Of a stretch of 64,000 nucleotides of DNA, positions 1 through 13,641 are shown piece after piece. A program made the translations under genes and the position numbers. Each line of letters starts with the position of its first letter. Position 1 is the first letter of the stretch. This DNA is from Piromyces finnis finn (taxonomy: Eukaryota > Fungi > Neocallimastigomycota). The stretch is taken from assembly GCA_002104945.1 (NCBI GenBank), contig MCFH01000050.1:345027-409026 (forward strand), written 5' to 3'. Below the pieces are notes generated by a model. It was not told where the DNA came from. It did not search any database and worked only from the letters and a program-made list of their open reading frames with translations.

Positions 1-2709
1 ATTGATATATACCTTAAATATATTTAATTGTAGGTATTTACTAAAGTGATGCAAGATGCACCTTTAATTTATTGTATAAAATGTTAAAAAGAGTTTTATA
101 ATTATTAATTAAAATTCGTGTAACAATAATAATCTAAAATATTTTTTAACATACTTGACAGAAATTCATAAATAAGCAAGAATTTTTTTTTTAGTACAAA
201 TATGTGAAAAAGAGGTTATTTTTCGACTTCTTGAATTTCACAAATTTCCTTGTCCTATAATACTAAATACTTACTTGATTATCATCCTAATAGATAATAT
301 ATATATATATATCTATTTTTTTAAATTAAGTAGTGGAATTGATAAAGTAAAAATAGAAAAACCATCATAAAAAATATTAAAACTAATAAAAATTAAAGTA
401 TCCCCTTATTAATACTATGATAGTTGAATTAAATTCATTTTAAATACATATTTTCCATTTATTAGAACTAAAAATATTCATGTTGTTCTACTTTTCACTT
501 TTCATATTACTTTTTTTTTTTTTTAATAAATAAAATTTCCCACACTTTTACTTTATCGGAGGATTTTAATTCTTATTTTCCACTTTTCCACCCTTTATAC
601 TGTATTAATGAATTAATATATAACTAAAAATGTTAAAAAAAAAAAAGAAAAATTGTAGATATTTATTACATATAAAACTTATGATCAAATCATATGATCA
701 CATAAATTTATCTATTAAATGAATATGTAGTAATTAATAGTATAATTGATTTTATTAACTAATCTTTAATAACACTTATTTATTTAAAGCAAAAATAATA
801 AAATATAATATAATGAAATAAAATAAAATAGTAATTATATAATAAATGACACTCTTTAACCCAAAAATATTATTATTCAACAAATATAAAATTCTTTTTA
901 ATTTTCAAAATAAATAAATGAATAAGTAAATAAATTTTTTCAATTATTATTAAAATTAGCAAATGAGATAAAAACACACCTTATTAAAATTAATATATTA
1001 TTTAATATAATGTAATATATTATAATATTAAAAATAATTTAAATTTATATTTTAAAAATGCTACTAAAAAATACAAAAAAGTTAAGCTGTTCTTGTTATT
1101 CAAATGTTCCATTATTAATGAATAAAAAAAAAGGTTTCTTTTTATATAAAACAAAAAACTTAAAAAAAAAAGGATCGTTTTTTTTTGTACATTTTCTTAT
1201 ATTCTTATTAATAAAGTAAATGAATATCCATAAAGATTGATTATTACATGGAATAATTTAATTAAAATATTAATCTTTTTTTTTTTTAATTATTAATAGA
1301 AATGCTATAATAAATTTTAATAATTATAAAAATTTTTAACTTTTTTTTTTTTCTTCCTATGGTTCAATACCATATTGTATATTCTATATTTACATATTCT
1401 TTTCTTTCAAAAAAAAAATTAGGATGTTAATATTATTGTGATGGATTTTTTCATCTTTTTCTTATTCCACTACTACTACTACTATTAATCATGGAATATT
1501 ATTGTTTATTATTAATATTTAATGTTTAAAAAAGATCCAATAAATTTTTTTGAAATGGAAAATTACTCCTTTTATTCAATGTTAATCGACTAAAAAAAAT
1601 CATGCTACACTGCACCATTATTTTTGTAAAAGATATTATGGATATTATTTAGAAAAAATAATAAAATATTTTGTTTCTCTTTTATTACTTTATATATTTA
1701 AAAGTTGACTTGTTCATCATCTTATTATCTATTTTTCTTTAACTAAAGAAAAGTAATACCATTCTTCTTTATCTATTTTCATTACTTTTTTTTTTTAAAT
1801 CTTTAAATTTTAAATATTTAAATATTATTGTTCTTATTTTATAATATAAAAAGTATTTACAATGTAATATAAAAATATATTAATTTATATATTAATACTA
1901 TACTATAATATATTATCTGAATCAACTAATGGTTTATAAATAATAATAAATTTTAATAAATACATAATTTAAAAGGAAAGAGAAACAAAAAATCAAAATA
2001 TCTTTTTTGAAAGTTTTTTCTATAAAATATAATCTTCACAATATCAAAATTTACCATTATATCTTATTTTTAAACTTGTAGTATAAAAAATATAATAATA
2101 TTGAAGAAAACAAACTAAAAACTAAAAAAAAAAAAAAAAAAAAATTACATATATATATATAAAAAAGAAATAAAAAAACTTTATTACACACCATTTAAAT
2201 ATACATGTAAATATCTTTTTATAGCAAGTATTTTTATATATAGTATTATTATTGTCCTTATTATATATCTTAATAGATATGCTTATTTAAAAGAAGAAAT
2301 AAAATAACTGATAGTTTGACAATTTGGAATTAATAAATTATTAAATTAGAAATAAAAAATGTAAATGAAAAAAGTTGGGTTTGTGACATTGAAATTTGAC
2401 ATTTTGTTTCTGTAAATATATTAAAAAAATAACCTAATAAAAGTAATTATAATAATAACAGATAATATTCAGAAACATGATATAGCGAATAAAAAAAAAG
2501 AGGCAAGATAAATTTCTCACACTTTAAACTATTATAACAAATTTTATAGAAAAAAAATATTTCTTTTTTTTTTATGCCACATTTTAATTTGAATTTAAAT
2601 TTTATATTTATATAGAAAAAATAAAATTATCTAAATATTTATATACTAAAACTCTAAAACCTTTATCAATTATATTAGATTAAATAAAAATTATAATTAA
2701 TTTAAGAAA

Positions 2710-5140
2710 ATGATGACTGCTGGTAGTGTTGGTAGTAGAAGTGCTGGTAAATAATCAAATTTATATATATATACCAATGAAATAATAGAATTTAAAGAGG
2801 AAAAGTATAAAAGCTAATGGGTATTTTTCTTTTAAAAAAAATAACTATAATTATAACCATACATAATAAACATTTATAGCAACCAAACGTTTAATGAAGG
2901 AATATGCTGAACTTCAAAGTTCTCCAAATTTTCAATACTCAGCTGCTCCACTTGAAGTACATATAAAAGAAAAAGAAAATATGTCTTGTTCAAATATTTT
3001 ATTTTAAAAATTGAATGTTAATAAAATTTATTATTTGGAAATTGTTATTAATAAATAGGATAACATTTTTGATTGGCATTTTACCATCAGAGGTCCACAA
3101 GATTCAGAATTTGAAAATGGAATGTATGTAATTCTAATCAAACGATATATATATATAAACAAAAAAAGTTAAATTTTACAACAACATCAATAATTAAATT
3201 GTAACATTAATATAAAATATATATTATATATAACATTTATATATTTTAAAGATATCATGGTCGTATTGTATTACCACCACAATATCCATATAAACCACCA
3301 AGTATTTATTTCTTAACTGTAAGCTTAGAAATAAGATAATCATTATTATAAAGAATATAGGGTAAAATAAAATTAATAAATTTAAATATATTATTATTAT
3401 TAAAATTATTTAAATAAAACCATAGCCAAATGGTCGTTTTGAACTCGGAAAAAAAATTTGCTTAAGTATTACTGGATATCATCCAGAAACTTGGTTACCA
3501 GCTTGGGGAAGTAAGTAATTTATGTATTTTAGATAATAATTAATTTTATATTTCAATTTATATTATATTTTAAAAAAATAATTATAAAAAGCATTCAAAA
3601 GATAGAAAAAATAAAAAGGATGTTTTAATTATTGTTTAAATAATTAAAGCATTTAATAGAATTATTAAATAAATTAAACAATTAAAATTTATAAAATAAT
3701 AATAATAGTATGTATAAAAAGGAAAAAAACAAAAATTTTTTTTTTCTTTTTATATTTATTATTATTATTTAATTTAAAATGGGTAATTTGAGTTGAAAAT
3801 AAATAAAAAAAGAAACTAGATAAAGGAAAATCTTAAAAAAAAAAAGATTTTTAAGAAAGAATTTTTATTTAAAAATTTGATAAAGTAAATGTGAAATAAT
3901 ATTAAAATACATGAAAGCTACATGAAAATTATACGTTGATTTTTTTAATTTTAGTTTGTGTATATTAATGATAGGAAATATATTAAATATAAGAATTATC
4001 AAAAAATCTTAATTATTATTTTACTGATAATAATTTATACTCTGATAAAATTAATTATATTTATTTCTATTTACTAAAAATTTTTTAAATTTATTTTTGT
4101 ATATTAAAATTTGCATTATTAAATTTTAAAATACTATAGTTAGAACAGCTTTAATTGCTTTAATTAGTTTTATGACAACTGAAGGAAAATCAGCTGTTGG
4201 TGCTTTGGATTATACACCAGAAGAAAGAAAAGTAATTATTATTTATAATCACTTCTAGTTTTCATAATAATATTATTTGTTTGTTTATCATAAACTAATA
4301 TTTAATAATCTAAATTTACCACCTTACCTCTCATTTTTTTAATTATTAATAATCAATAAATAAAATTAACAGATTCTTGCTAAAAAGTAAGTAATATTAA
4401 TATGTTAATAAAACAACAATTGATTATTAACAATTGTTTACTTTTATAATTAAATAAAAAGATCTCAAACATGGTATTGTGAAAGATGTGGATGCAAAAA
4501 TTGTGAACAAGTATTACCAATTCCACAGAATGAAACCGAAAATCATGAAGATCATGAAGATCATGATAAATTAGCTGATATGTTGGTTGTTTATGGTGAT
4601 AAAAAAGAAAATGTTGAATCAGAAAGTCAAAAAGATACCACAATTCAAACTGATGTAAATAATACTTTACCTATATCAAACAACTCAGAAAATGAAAATA
4701 ATAATAGTATAGAACCAACAGAATCGCCATTAAATAATATAACAATAACACCAACACCAACCACCACACAACCATCTACTAATATTAATACAAATAATGT
4801 AGAAATAAACTCTTCATCTGTACAGCAAAGAGTACCAACTTCATCTACTTCTGTAAATGTAGAGCCTGTAGAACAAACCGCAACACCAGCATCAGCATCA
4901 TCTTCATCTTCTTCTAATCAACCAACAACTATACCAACAACAAATAGTTCACCATCTACATCCACTACAAATAATATTAATAGAACTAATTCCCAAGTCA
5001 ATATGAATCAAAATAATATTAATGAAGAAAGGTTCAAATCTTTCATTGATACCTTGATTATTGTTGTTTTTGGTCTTCTTGCAGCATTAGTTTATTATAG
5101 AATTAATAAAGATGCAAAGTTTTGGAATAATTTAGAATAA
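2710..5140 (+). CDS. UBC6: Ubiquitin-conjugating enzyme E2, Ubc6/UBE2J1 type (ER tail-anchored), about 8 exons
   Basis: GT-AG exons join to MMTAGSVGSRSAATKRLMKEYAELQ..SAAPLE|DNIFDWHFTIRGPQDSEFENG..YHGRIVLPPQYPYKPPSIYFLT|PNGRFELGKKICLSITGYHPETWLPAWG|IRTALIALISFMTTEGKSAVGALDYTPEERK. The active-site Cys is in KICLS. A Ser/Thr/Asn linker and C-terminal TM helix (TLIIVVFGLLAALVYY) follow, with the stop at 5140. Confidence 0.93.
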
Positions 5141-5869
5141 TAAAAATGATAATTTTAATTAAAAGAAGCATCGTATAAAACACTTAAAAACACAAAATAA
5201 TAATTTAATAACAAAAAGAAAAAAAAAATCAAAGCAAAAAAAAAATCATTTGTATAATATTCTATATAGTATATATTAAAAAAAAAAAAAAAAAAACATT
5301 ATTAAATAATATCTATTTTTAAATCTATTTCATTTTCAATATTTTAAAGTAAATTTTCATCATTATTTTTAATAATATATCACAATATCAGCAATTCAAC
5401 AATGTAACAATATCAAATTCATTAATCCATTTAAACTATTGTTTTTACATATATAAGAAAAAAAAAAAAAAAAATTATAAAAATCGTAAAATCAAAATAC
5501 AAATCTAAAAAAAAAAAAAAGAAAGAAAGGAAAAATAGTAATAATAAAAAAAGTTTAAACGAAATCATTATAACGTATAAACTAAAATACTTTAAAGCAA
5601 CAACTACAAAAATAATAATAAAATAAATATATATATATAAATAATATCTTCTTAACTATTTTAAAAATCATTATTAAAAAATATGTGTATCTTTTTTTTC
5701 TTTAAATAAAAAAATAAATATTATGCCTATAAATATTAATTGTTAGATATGAATTAGGCATATTTTTTTTTTTTTTTATATTATAAAAGATTTAAAAAAT
5801 TATTATTATTAATTATCCATTGAAGTTAAAAATGATTATTTTATAAAGTCATTTGTTGATTTTCTTTGT

Positions 5870-6270
5870 ATAAGATTTCTGGGTTAAACATTATTTATAC
5901 CCATACTTAATGATAGAATTCTTTAATTGTATATCTATTGATTTGAAAAATATAGACATTCCTTCCTACATTTTAATTAAAATATATATTGAAACCAGGT
6001 AATGGTTTAATGGTTTCAATATAAATAGAACTAGTAGAGTTTAATCATTTATCAATACAGCTTATTGTATGGAGTAGCATTAGCTCTCACAATAAAAATC
6101 TTAATAACAATGATTTCTTATTGGAACGAATTCATTTATTAGTTTTTATGCTTTAACAAGAGATTTGAGGATACTTCCCCTTGCAAGTATTTGTGCTGCG
6201 AAACAAGTTAAAATGTTTTGTTCAATGGAGAAAATTAAATTATATTATTAATGATCAGGAACAAAATTTA
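5870..6270 (+). mobile_element. Degraded non-LTR retrotransposon relic (post-RT region)
   Basis: Frameshifted, stop-riddled translation GFNINRTSRV*SFINTAYC...NSFISFYALTRDLRILPLASICAAKQVK/CFVQWRK. It resembles, from memory, the region after the RT domain of fungal LINE ORF2. GC is locally elevated. Confidence 0.55.
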
Positions 6271-6559
6271 TGGAAAAACAACAACAAACCAATAATTTAA
6301 TATATTAATTTAATTTAATTATGCAAACAAATGTATAGATTAAGTTGGAATGCTTTTTTTTTTTTTTTTTTTTTTTTTCATAATAAATAATAAAATTAAT
6401 TATACTTTTTTTTTTTTTTTTGTGACCATTTTTTATTATTCTTTAATTATTAACTTTGTTTTTCCCTTTCTATCTATTTAATTAATTTTTAATATATATA
6501 AATATTTATTATAATTTTTCCATTCCATGATAATTTACAACTTTTGTGCTCTTATTGTT

Positions 6560-6960
6560 CTTATACATACTATATTGGTATTGCCGTTGACCCTCTCAAT
6601 ATCTTAATACTTAATATCTCAATACCCAAAATAATGGTGGCTTGAAAGTAGATGATGGTCTTCAACAATTCTTTATGAATATCTTTACCGTTCATATGGA
6701 TTTCATGTTCCATATATAGAGGTTTGCCGAGACTGATACGCATAAGATAATTTGAATTATGAGATCTGAGAGCTTTATTTCCATTGTTAAAGCTACTTTT
6801 TTTTTTCAATAATATTTTCTAATGACGTTAGTATTTTTAATATTAATTATAATAAGTTTTTTATGTTATGAACAAGATTTTTTGAACCAAGGGTGATGAG
6901 ACATATGAGGATTAAATTGGTCAAGATCTATTACTTTATTAAAAAAAAAAAATAAGCTCA
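6560..6960 (-). mobile_element. Possible decayed transposon coding relic (integrase zinc-finger-like fragments)
   Basis: GC-elevated island with broken minus-strand frames containing HMSHHP/GSKNL and YIWNMKSI*TVKIFIKNC. These are reminiscent of the gypsy-type H-H-C-C motif. There is no intact ORF. Confidence 0.25.
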
Positions 6961-7371
6961 TACCATGCAAAAGCAATGTAAATTAATAGATTAATGAGGA
7001 AAACAAATAAATAAAACTATATATATGTATATATGCAAATGAAAAACTGTAAAACAAGCTTCTTTTTTTTTTTTTTTTGTCATAAACTCTGTCACCCAAA
7101 ACTCATTCATATAAAACAAAAATTGGTATTTATATGAAGTATATTTAAACTTTGTACCTGATTAATATTTTTTTTAATATTGAATTCATTGAAAAGGGGA
7201 AAATAAATATAAAATATTTTATGAAAAAAAGTAAATTATTGAAAAAAAAAAAAGTTCACTTTATAATATAATAGATAATATTCCTTAGTTTTATTACTAT
7301 TTTTATTATATTGTTGATATTTTTCATTTACAAATAAGGAGTTTATATATTAACCATTATGGTTTAAATCA

Positions 7372-7448
<77 letters not shown>

Positions 7449-7495
7449 GTTTATTATTATGTTTATTGTTATGTTTATTATGTTTATTATTATTA
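7372..7495. repeat. (ATT)n microsatellite grading into a (TTATTATGT)-like repeat
   Basis: Directly visible. Confidence 0.95.
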
Positions 7496-10400
7496 ATTAT
7501 TATTCAAAAAAAAAGGTTACATTCCAAAATTTTTACAAAGATATAAATATTTTTAAAGTTTATACATTGAATTTTTGTACAAATTTTATTTTCAAATTTT
7601 TCATAAATGATTTTAATCTTCTTTTTTATCCACAACCAAAAAAATTATATATTATAAATATTATCTAATATATTTTATTTAATTTACATTACCATCAATT
7701 TCTTAATTTAAAAAAAAAATAAAATAAAATAAAAAAAAAACCTTTCCTTTTATTATAACCAATTATAAACCGTTCAATAACAAAATTAATGCTTTATATT
7801 TTATAATAAATCATCATAAAATTATGAAGAAATAAAAAGTCTTCATTTTTCCTATATTAATTCTATCCTCATCCTCACCATCATACCATATCACCATATC
7901 ATTAATTTGGGTGACATCGTTTATTTTCATTCATTCATATCCAAAAATTAAATTAAACAGAATTATCGAAAGAAAAGAAAATTTTTTTGTTTTTTTATAT
8001 ATATAATTTATATATATTCAAATCAATTATTCAATAAATTTTGATGTAACACAATTTAGTTTTATATTAATTTATTTTAAAATAATATATTAGTTTTTTA
8101 TAATATTTCCATGAAACATTTTACTTTTTAAAAAGTATACTTTTTTAAAAAAAATTGATATTTAAATTATATTTGAATATATTAAGGATTATATATTATA
8201 ATATAAATTTATATAGAATTATTAATTATGAGTAATACCAAAATGAAAAAAAAAAAAAAAAAAATAAGAAAATCGCAATGTATTAAATAATATAATAATG
8301 AAAGTAATATTAATGAAGATAATAATAAAAGAAATAATAATAATAGGAAAAGAATATTATTAAAGCAATGATGATTAATAATTATAATAATTGTTCATTA
8401 TTTAGTATTTTAATAGTATTTATAACAACAATGAAAACAAAAATGAAGAAAGAGAAAGATTTTTGGATATCCTAAAAGAGCTGGTCTATTTTTATTAAAT
8501 TATTTCAATTTTCACTAGTATTTTTTATTCCTTTTTTTTTTTTTTTTGGCAATAAGAATTATTATTTAGCAGTGAGTTACATTCCTTCCTATATAAAAAT
8601 TTCAATTCACAACAATATCTGACCAAAAAAAAAAAAAGACCATAAAATAAATTTTATGTCTATACTTTTTTTATATAAAGTACTTTTTTTTCATTATGTA
8701 AAAGTTTTTTTTTTCCTTTCTTTCTTTCTTTTCCTTTATATATATATATGTATATATATAAATGGGTATCCTTAAATAAAGAAAGGGCTATTTTCAAGGT
8801 AAAATATGAATTTTTTTTATAATATTTAATAAAATAAAATATATTATATATTATAATATATTATAAAAGCAACAACGACAGTAACAAGATAAGTATTTCT
8901 CATTTATATATATTTAAAGTAATAATAATGATAATGATAAATTATATATAAACCTGAAAGGTATGAAAAAAAATTTTTTTATTTTTTGTTTGTCTATCAT
9001 TTAATGACCTATTTATGATAGACATGACATACATGAAATATGAAAATAGATAACTAATAACATCAAAACTATAAAAATAAATAAGAAAAAAAGAGCAATC
9101 TACCTCTTTTTATAGCTAACTTTTTTTTAAAAAATAAATAATAAAAATAAAAAAGAGAATTTTACAATTTACATTCATCAAGTAATTTATTTGTTTATTA
9201 ATTATTCATTCACTTATTAAAGAAAATGATACAATAATATATACAATATATAATTCAATATATTAGATTTTAAACAATGATATATTTTTATATATTATTA
9301 CTAAATTTTAATAATTATATTAAATCTTTTTACAGAAAATAAAAATGATAATTTAATAACGAAGAAAAAATTAAGTAAAACAAAAAAAGAAAGATTACAG
9401 TTTTTAAATTATATATAAAATTATATATAATTTTATATATAATTTTATATATTATCCACATTTATTATGAATCATATTAAAATACATTAGAAAAATTAAT
9501 AATGAATTAATCCACTATTTCTTTTTTTTTATTATAATTTTTCTCATCAAATATTAATTAATAAAAAAAAAAAAAGATCATGGCTATTATCTATATAATC
9601 TATATAGGTAAGTTTATTTCATTATCTAAATATATAAATAATAATAAATAAAATAACTTTTGAAAATTCATTATATATTTAAATATCAAATGAAAAAAAA
9701 AACATAATATTACTATTTTATTAATAATTAAAAATAATATGTTAAAAAAAACAAAAAGTAAAATATAAAAACGAAAGAAATAACTGTATTAAAATTTAAA
9801 AAAAAAAAAAAAAAGTTAACTATTAAATTTTTGCACTCTGTAGTGAATTAGTATACAACATTACACAAAAGTATTATACTGTTTCCTATTTGTTAATATA
9901 AAATTAAACCTATTTAAAATATATGGTTATACATAGAAACTTCTTTTTATAAGACCAACAAAGTAACTAATGAATAAAAATGTTACATTATATTACATAA
10001 TAGGAAAAATAAATATAAAAATAAGAATGTTATTTTAAAATAGATCTAAATCTAATTTATTTATTTTTTTTTTGTTTATATATAGTAAAAAAATTAATAT
10101 AATTTTAAAGTTGTTTTAATTAGCTAAATTTGTATAAATTAAATTAAATAATAATAATAAAGTAAATATTCATACATATATTTTTTAAATAATATAACCA
10201 TGTTTTAACTTTAATGAGTATAAAATTTTCTTGTTTATTTGTACATTTATAAATTAAAAAGGCGTGTTTGTGCTTAATCTAAATTTTCAATTTAATGATA
10301 TATATTAGAATAACTTAGAATAATTTAATATAAAATAGAATAAATACAAGTTAAGCCACATATTTGATATAAAGTATGTAACGCCATAAATTAAGATATA

Positions 10401-11209
10401 AAAATAATAATGTAAAATTTATTAAGCCTTGTAATTACCTTTAATAAAATTTTATTTAATAAATAAAGTTATATTAAACCTAAACTTATTAATATATAAA
10501 CACAAATTGATTAAATAGAAATATTTAATTAAAGTTTAGAAATTTAGCCTACATTACATTATAAACAATTTAAAATATGAAAAAAAAAATTTTTTTTTTT
10601 TTAACATTGAATTTCTAATAAAATAATCACTAAAAAGTTTCATTTAACTATCGTTACTGAAAAAATGGTATACCAAGTCAATAGAGTTATTGTATTTATT
10701 AAACTATAATAATACTATTTTTTAATAGTATAGAAGGATAGAGTATGGAGTACTTATAGAATATAATGTATGTATAGGGTACAGTAAAAAGCATAAAATA
10801 TAGTAAAGTAGAATATTATACTATTATCAGTATATAATATGTATATAATCTATATAATCTATGTATGATTTATTATATTGTTAAATAATGATGATGATAA
10901 AAGTTGTCATTATACTATTTATTCTATAGGTATTAATTACAGTAATTTCTTTTCTTTTTTTTTTTTTTTTTTTTATTATTATTATTTTATGGATATGGAT
11001 TTTATTATAACGAACAATAATTTCTTTATATATATTATTACAATAATCATTTTATATAGATATATTAATTTTTACTTTAAATTGTTTGAAAATAATAATA
11101 AATAAAGAGGGAACTAATATTAAAAGTATGATATAGAAAATAAAAACAATGAAGAGAAAGGGAGAAAGCACACTTTTTTTTTTTTTTTTTTTTAACTATT
11201 ACTTTTAAT

Positions 11210-11210
11210 G

Positions 11211-11249
<39 letters not shown>

Positions 11250-11272
11250 GTTGTTGTTGTTGTTGTTGTTGT
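11210..11272. repeat. Compound (TTA)n(TTG)n microsatellite
   Basis: Directly visible; source of the spurious poly-Q/N ORF 11077-11313. Confidence 0.9.
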
Positions 11273-11481
11273 TTTATTTCAGTTTTAGACTTTATTATAA
11301 AAAAATTAATCATGTTGTATTAAATGAATAAAAAAAATTTAGTTTTTTTTTTTTTTTTATTTTATTCTCTAAATGAATAAATATTTATCCTAAATTTTTT
11401 TTTGAAAAATTTAGCCAGAGCTCCTGGCCTGAATAAATATTAATTCATTCATAAACAAAAAAAAAAAAAAAAGAAAGCTAT

Positions 11482-13641
11482 TTATTTCTTTTTAGTAGTT
11501 TTATTCTTTTCGCTTTTACTTCTACGATAAGTTTTAATAGTAACTAATTCAGAAATAAATAATACTTTATCACCATTTGATATAACAAAAAAGTAATAAG
11601 TATTATTTCTTCCAAGTTTTGAATTATACAATAATGTAGTATTATCACCAATAATATAAGGCGAAGAATGAATAAAATTTGCCTTTGACCCAGCTTCAAA
11701 TACACGCTTAATACGATCTTCAGAATTAAAGGTTTCACTTTCATTACTGCTATTTGTGTCATCATCGATTTCATCATTATCTCTTGTTTTTCCCATACCT
11801 TTTTTGATAATAGAATAGTAGGAAAGAAGGAGACCATTTGAACTAAAATATTCTCTATGTTTATCAATTTCATTAATACAATTAATTTCTAAAAACAAAT
11901 TTTTACTACTTTGCTCATCTAATATTAGTTCTTGTACTTTTTTCTTTTCGGTGTTCCGGCTAGATGAAATGGTACATTCATTAATAGTAATGGAGGATAT
12001 ATTAATTTTTGGGATGGTTTTCTTTTCTTCAGTGACACTTTTTGGTGATTGTACATACGGCGGATATATATTATTATTTGATTGATATTGACAATTATAA
12101 TTATTATATAAATTGATGGTAGCATGGGTTGAGCGATCTATAGTAGAATAAATGGCAGATTCAGGAAAACAAATTGGTGAAAGATTGTTTTGTAATTGTT
12201 GAGAATATGTATTTACAATAGGGTTTGAATCCAAAAGACCACCACTTATCGTAGGATTAAATTTATACACTTGATCTGAAAATGTATTATTTTGCGGTGA
12301 AGGTAATGAAGTAAGCAGCATGGAAATATTTGTATTCATAGTATTTATACGTGTATCTAATGATGTTGTAGTATCTAAGGTAGGGGAAGGGAGAAACTGA
12401 TTTTGTAATATTGATGGCATATTAGAATGATTTTTGATTGGTATGAGTACACCTGAATTATTTACAACAGTAGAAGCTTGAGACATTACTATAGGAGTAT
12501 TATTTTTATATTCACCATAATTTAACATCATAGTGTTTGCTGCTGCTGCATTATTAGTATTGGAAGGTGAAAAATCATTAGAAATAAAATTTACTTGATT
12601 ATTATTAATAGGAACGTCAGATTTTGTATATGGTAAGGATTCTAGGTTCTGCAGGGAAGAATTAATGTTCAAGTCCGAAACTACTGGGGATTGTACAATG
12701 GTATTTTGATCACAGTGGAATAAATTTTCTATAGTAATTTCTTTAGGAGAGGATGGAAGTAAAGCTTTTTTAATATTATTTGTAGTTAATAGTGGAGATG
12801 ATGTTTGACTTTTTAATTCATTCTTGTCTGATGAATCATTATAATAGTAATCTTGAACAATAAAAGAATTTAAAAATTCTGGATATTTTTTATTGTATAA
12901 TCCTTGATATGTTTGTGATCCCTTGTACAAAACAAGTTCTATGATAGCAGAAGAATAAGTATCTTCATGTTTGGTACCTTGAAATTCCACAAAGATGTAA
13001 AAGTATTTCTTTTTTCTATTGGAATTACTTTTCATTTGGACATCTTGATAATAATTTAAAAAATCGCTATTATCATTAACTAAATTTGAATTAATTGACC
13101 TGTAATACATAGTAGTAGAATTTAATGGCATTACTTGACTTAAAGGTAGAAATTTAAAGCTTAATTTAACATTTTCAAAATTATTATTTTTTTTCCCATC
13201 AGCGTAACGGACATTGTTTACTTTATCTATACTTTCGATTTTTACACAATGTAATTTTTTAAATTCTTTTCTAATGATATCGTTGACTTCACGTTCTTTG
13301 ATTCTATCATCTGTTCTTATACAATAATAAATTCTATAATCCTCTTCATTCAGTGAAAATGTAAATTTTTCTCTTTTGTTTTCATTATTTATTAAAATTT
13401 CAATTTCTTGATTGTAAAAAACATAATCTTTCACAGGCTCTATTGATTTTTCAGTTGCTAACAATCTAAAAAAGGAAGATAAAGTTTTCAAATAAAAAGA
13501 AAAGTATTTCTTTTTACTCTCGCTATTATTTATTTTCCTTTTTTTAGTTATTTGTTTCTTCCCTGTTGATGTTGACTTAGCACATTGGTTTTTTAATTTT
13601 CTTTTTTTTTCATTATTTATAGTATTTTCTTGTGTACTCAT
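11482..13641 (-). CDS. Intronless 719-aa protein, probably nuclear (putative transcription factor) with two globular domains flanking an N/S/P-rich linker
   Basis: Long open ORF with basic NLS-like clusters (KKRKLK, KKRK), beta-rich hydrophobic blocks at about aa 45-250 and 580-715, and a low-complexity middle. The function is inferred. Confidence 0.85.
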   Translation of the reverse strand: MSTQENTINNEKKRKLKNQCAKSTSTGKKQITKKRKINNSESKKKYFSFYLKTLSSFFRLLATEKSIEPVKDYVFYNQEIEILINNENKREKFTFSLNEEDYRIYYCIRTDDRIKEREVNDIIRKEFKKLHCVKIESIDKVNNVRYADGKKNNNFENVKLSFKFLPLSQVMPLNSTTMYYRSINSNLVNDNSDFLNYYQDVQMKSNSNRKKKYFYIFVEFQGTKHEDTYSSAIIELVLYKGSQTYQGLYNKKYPEFLNSFIVQDYYYNDSSDKNELKSQTSSPLLTTNNIKKALLPSSPKEITIENLFHCDQNTIVQSPVVSDLNINSSLQNLESLPYTKSDVPINNNQVNFISNDFSPSNTNNAAAANTMMLNYGEYKNNTPIVMSQASTVVNNSGVLIPIKNHSNMPSILQNQFLPSPTLDTTTSLDTRINTMNTNISMLLTSLPSPQNNTFSDQVYKFNPTISGGLLDSNPIVNTYSQQLQNNLSPICFPESAIYSTIDRSTHATINLYNNYNCQYQSNNNIYPPYVQSPKSVTEEKKTIPKINISSITINECTISSSRNTEKKKVQELILDEQSSKNLFLEINCINEIDKHREYFSSNGLLLSYYSIIKKGMGKTRDNDEIDDDTNSSNESETFNSEDRIKRVFEAGSKANFIHSSPYIIGDNTTLLYNSKLGRNNTYYFFVISNGDKVLFISELVTIKTYRRSKSEKNKTTKKK

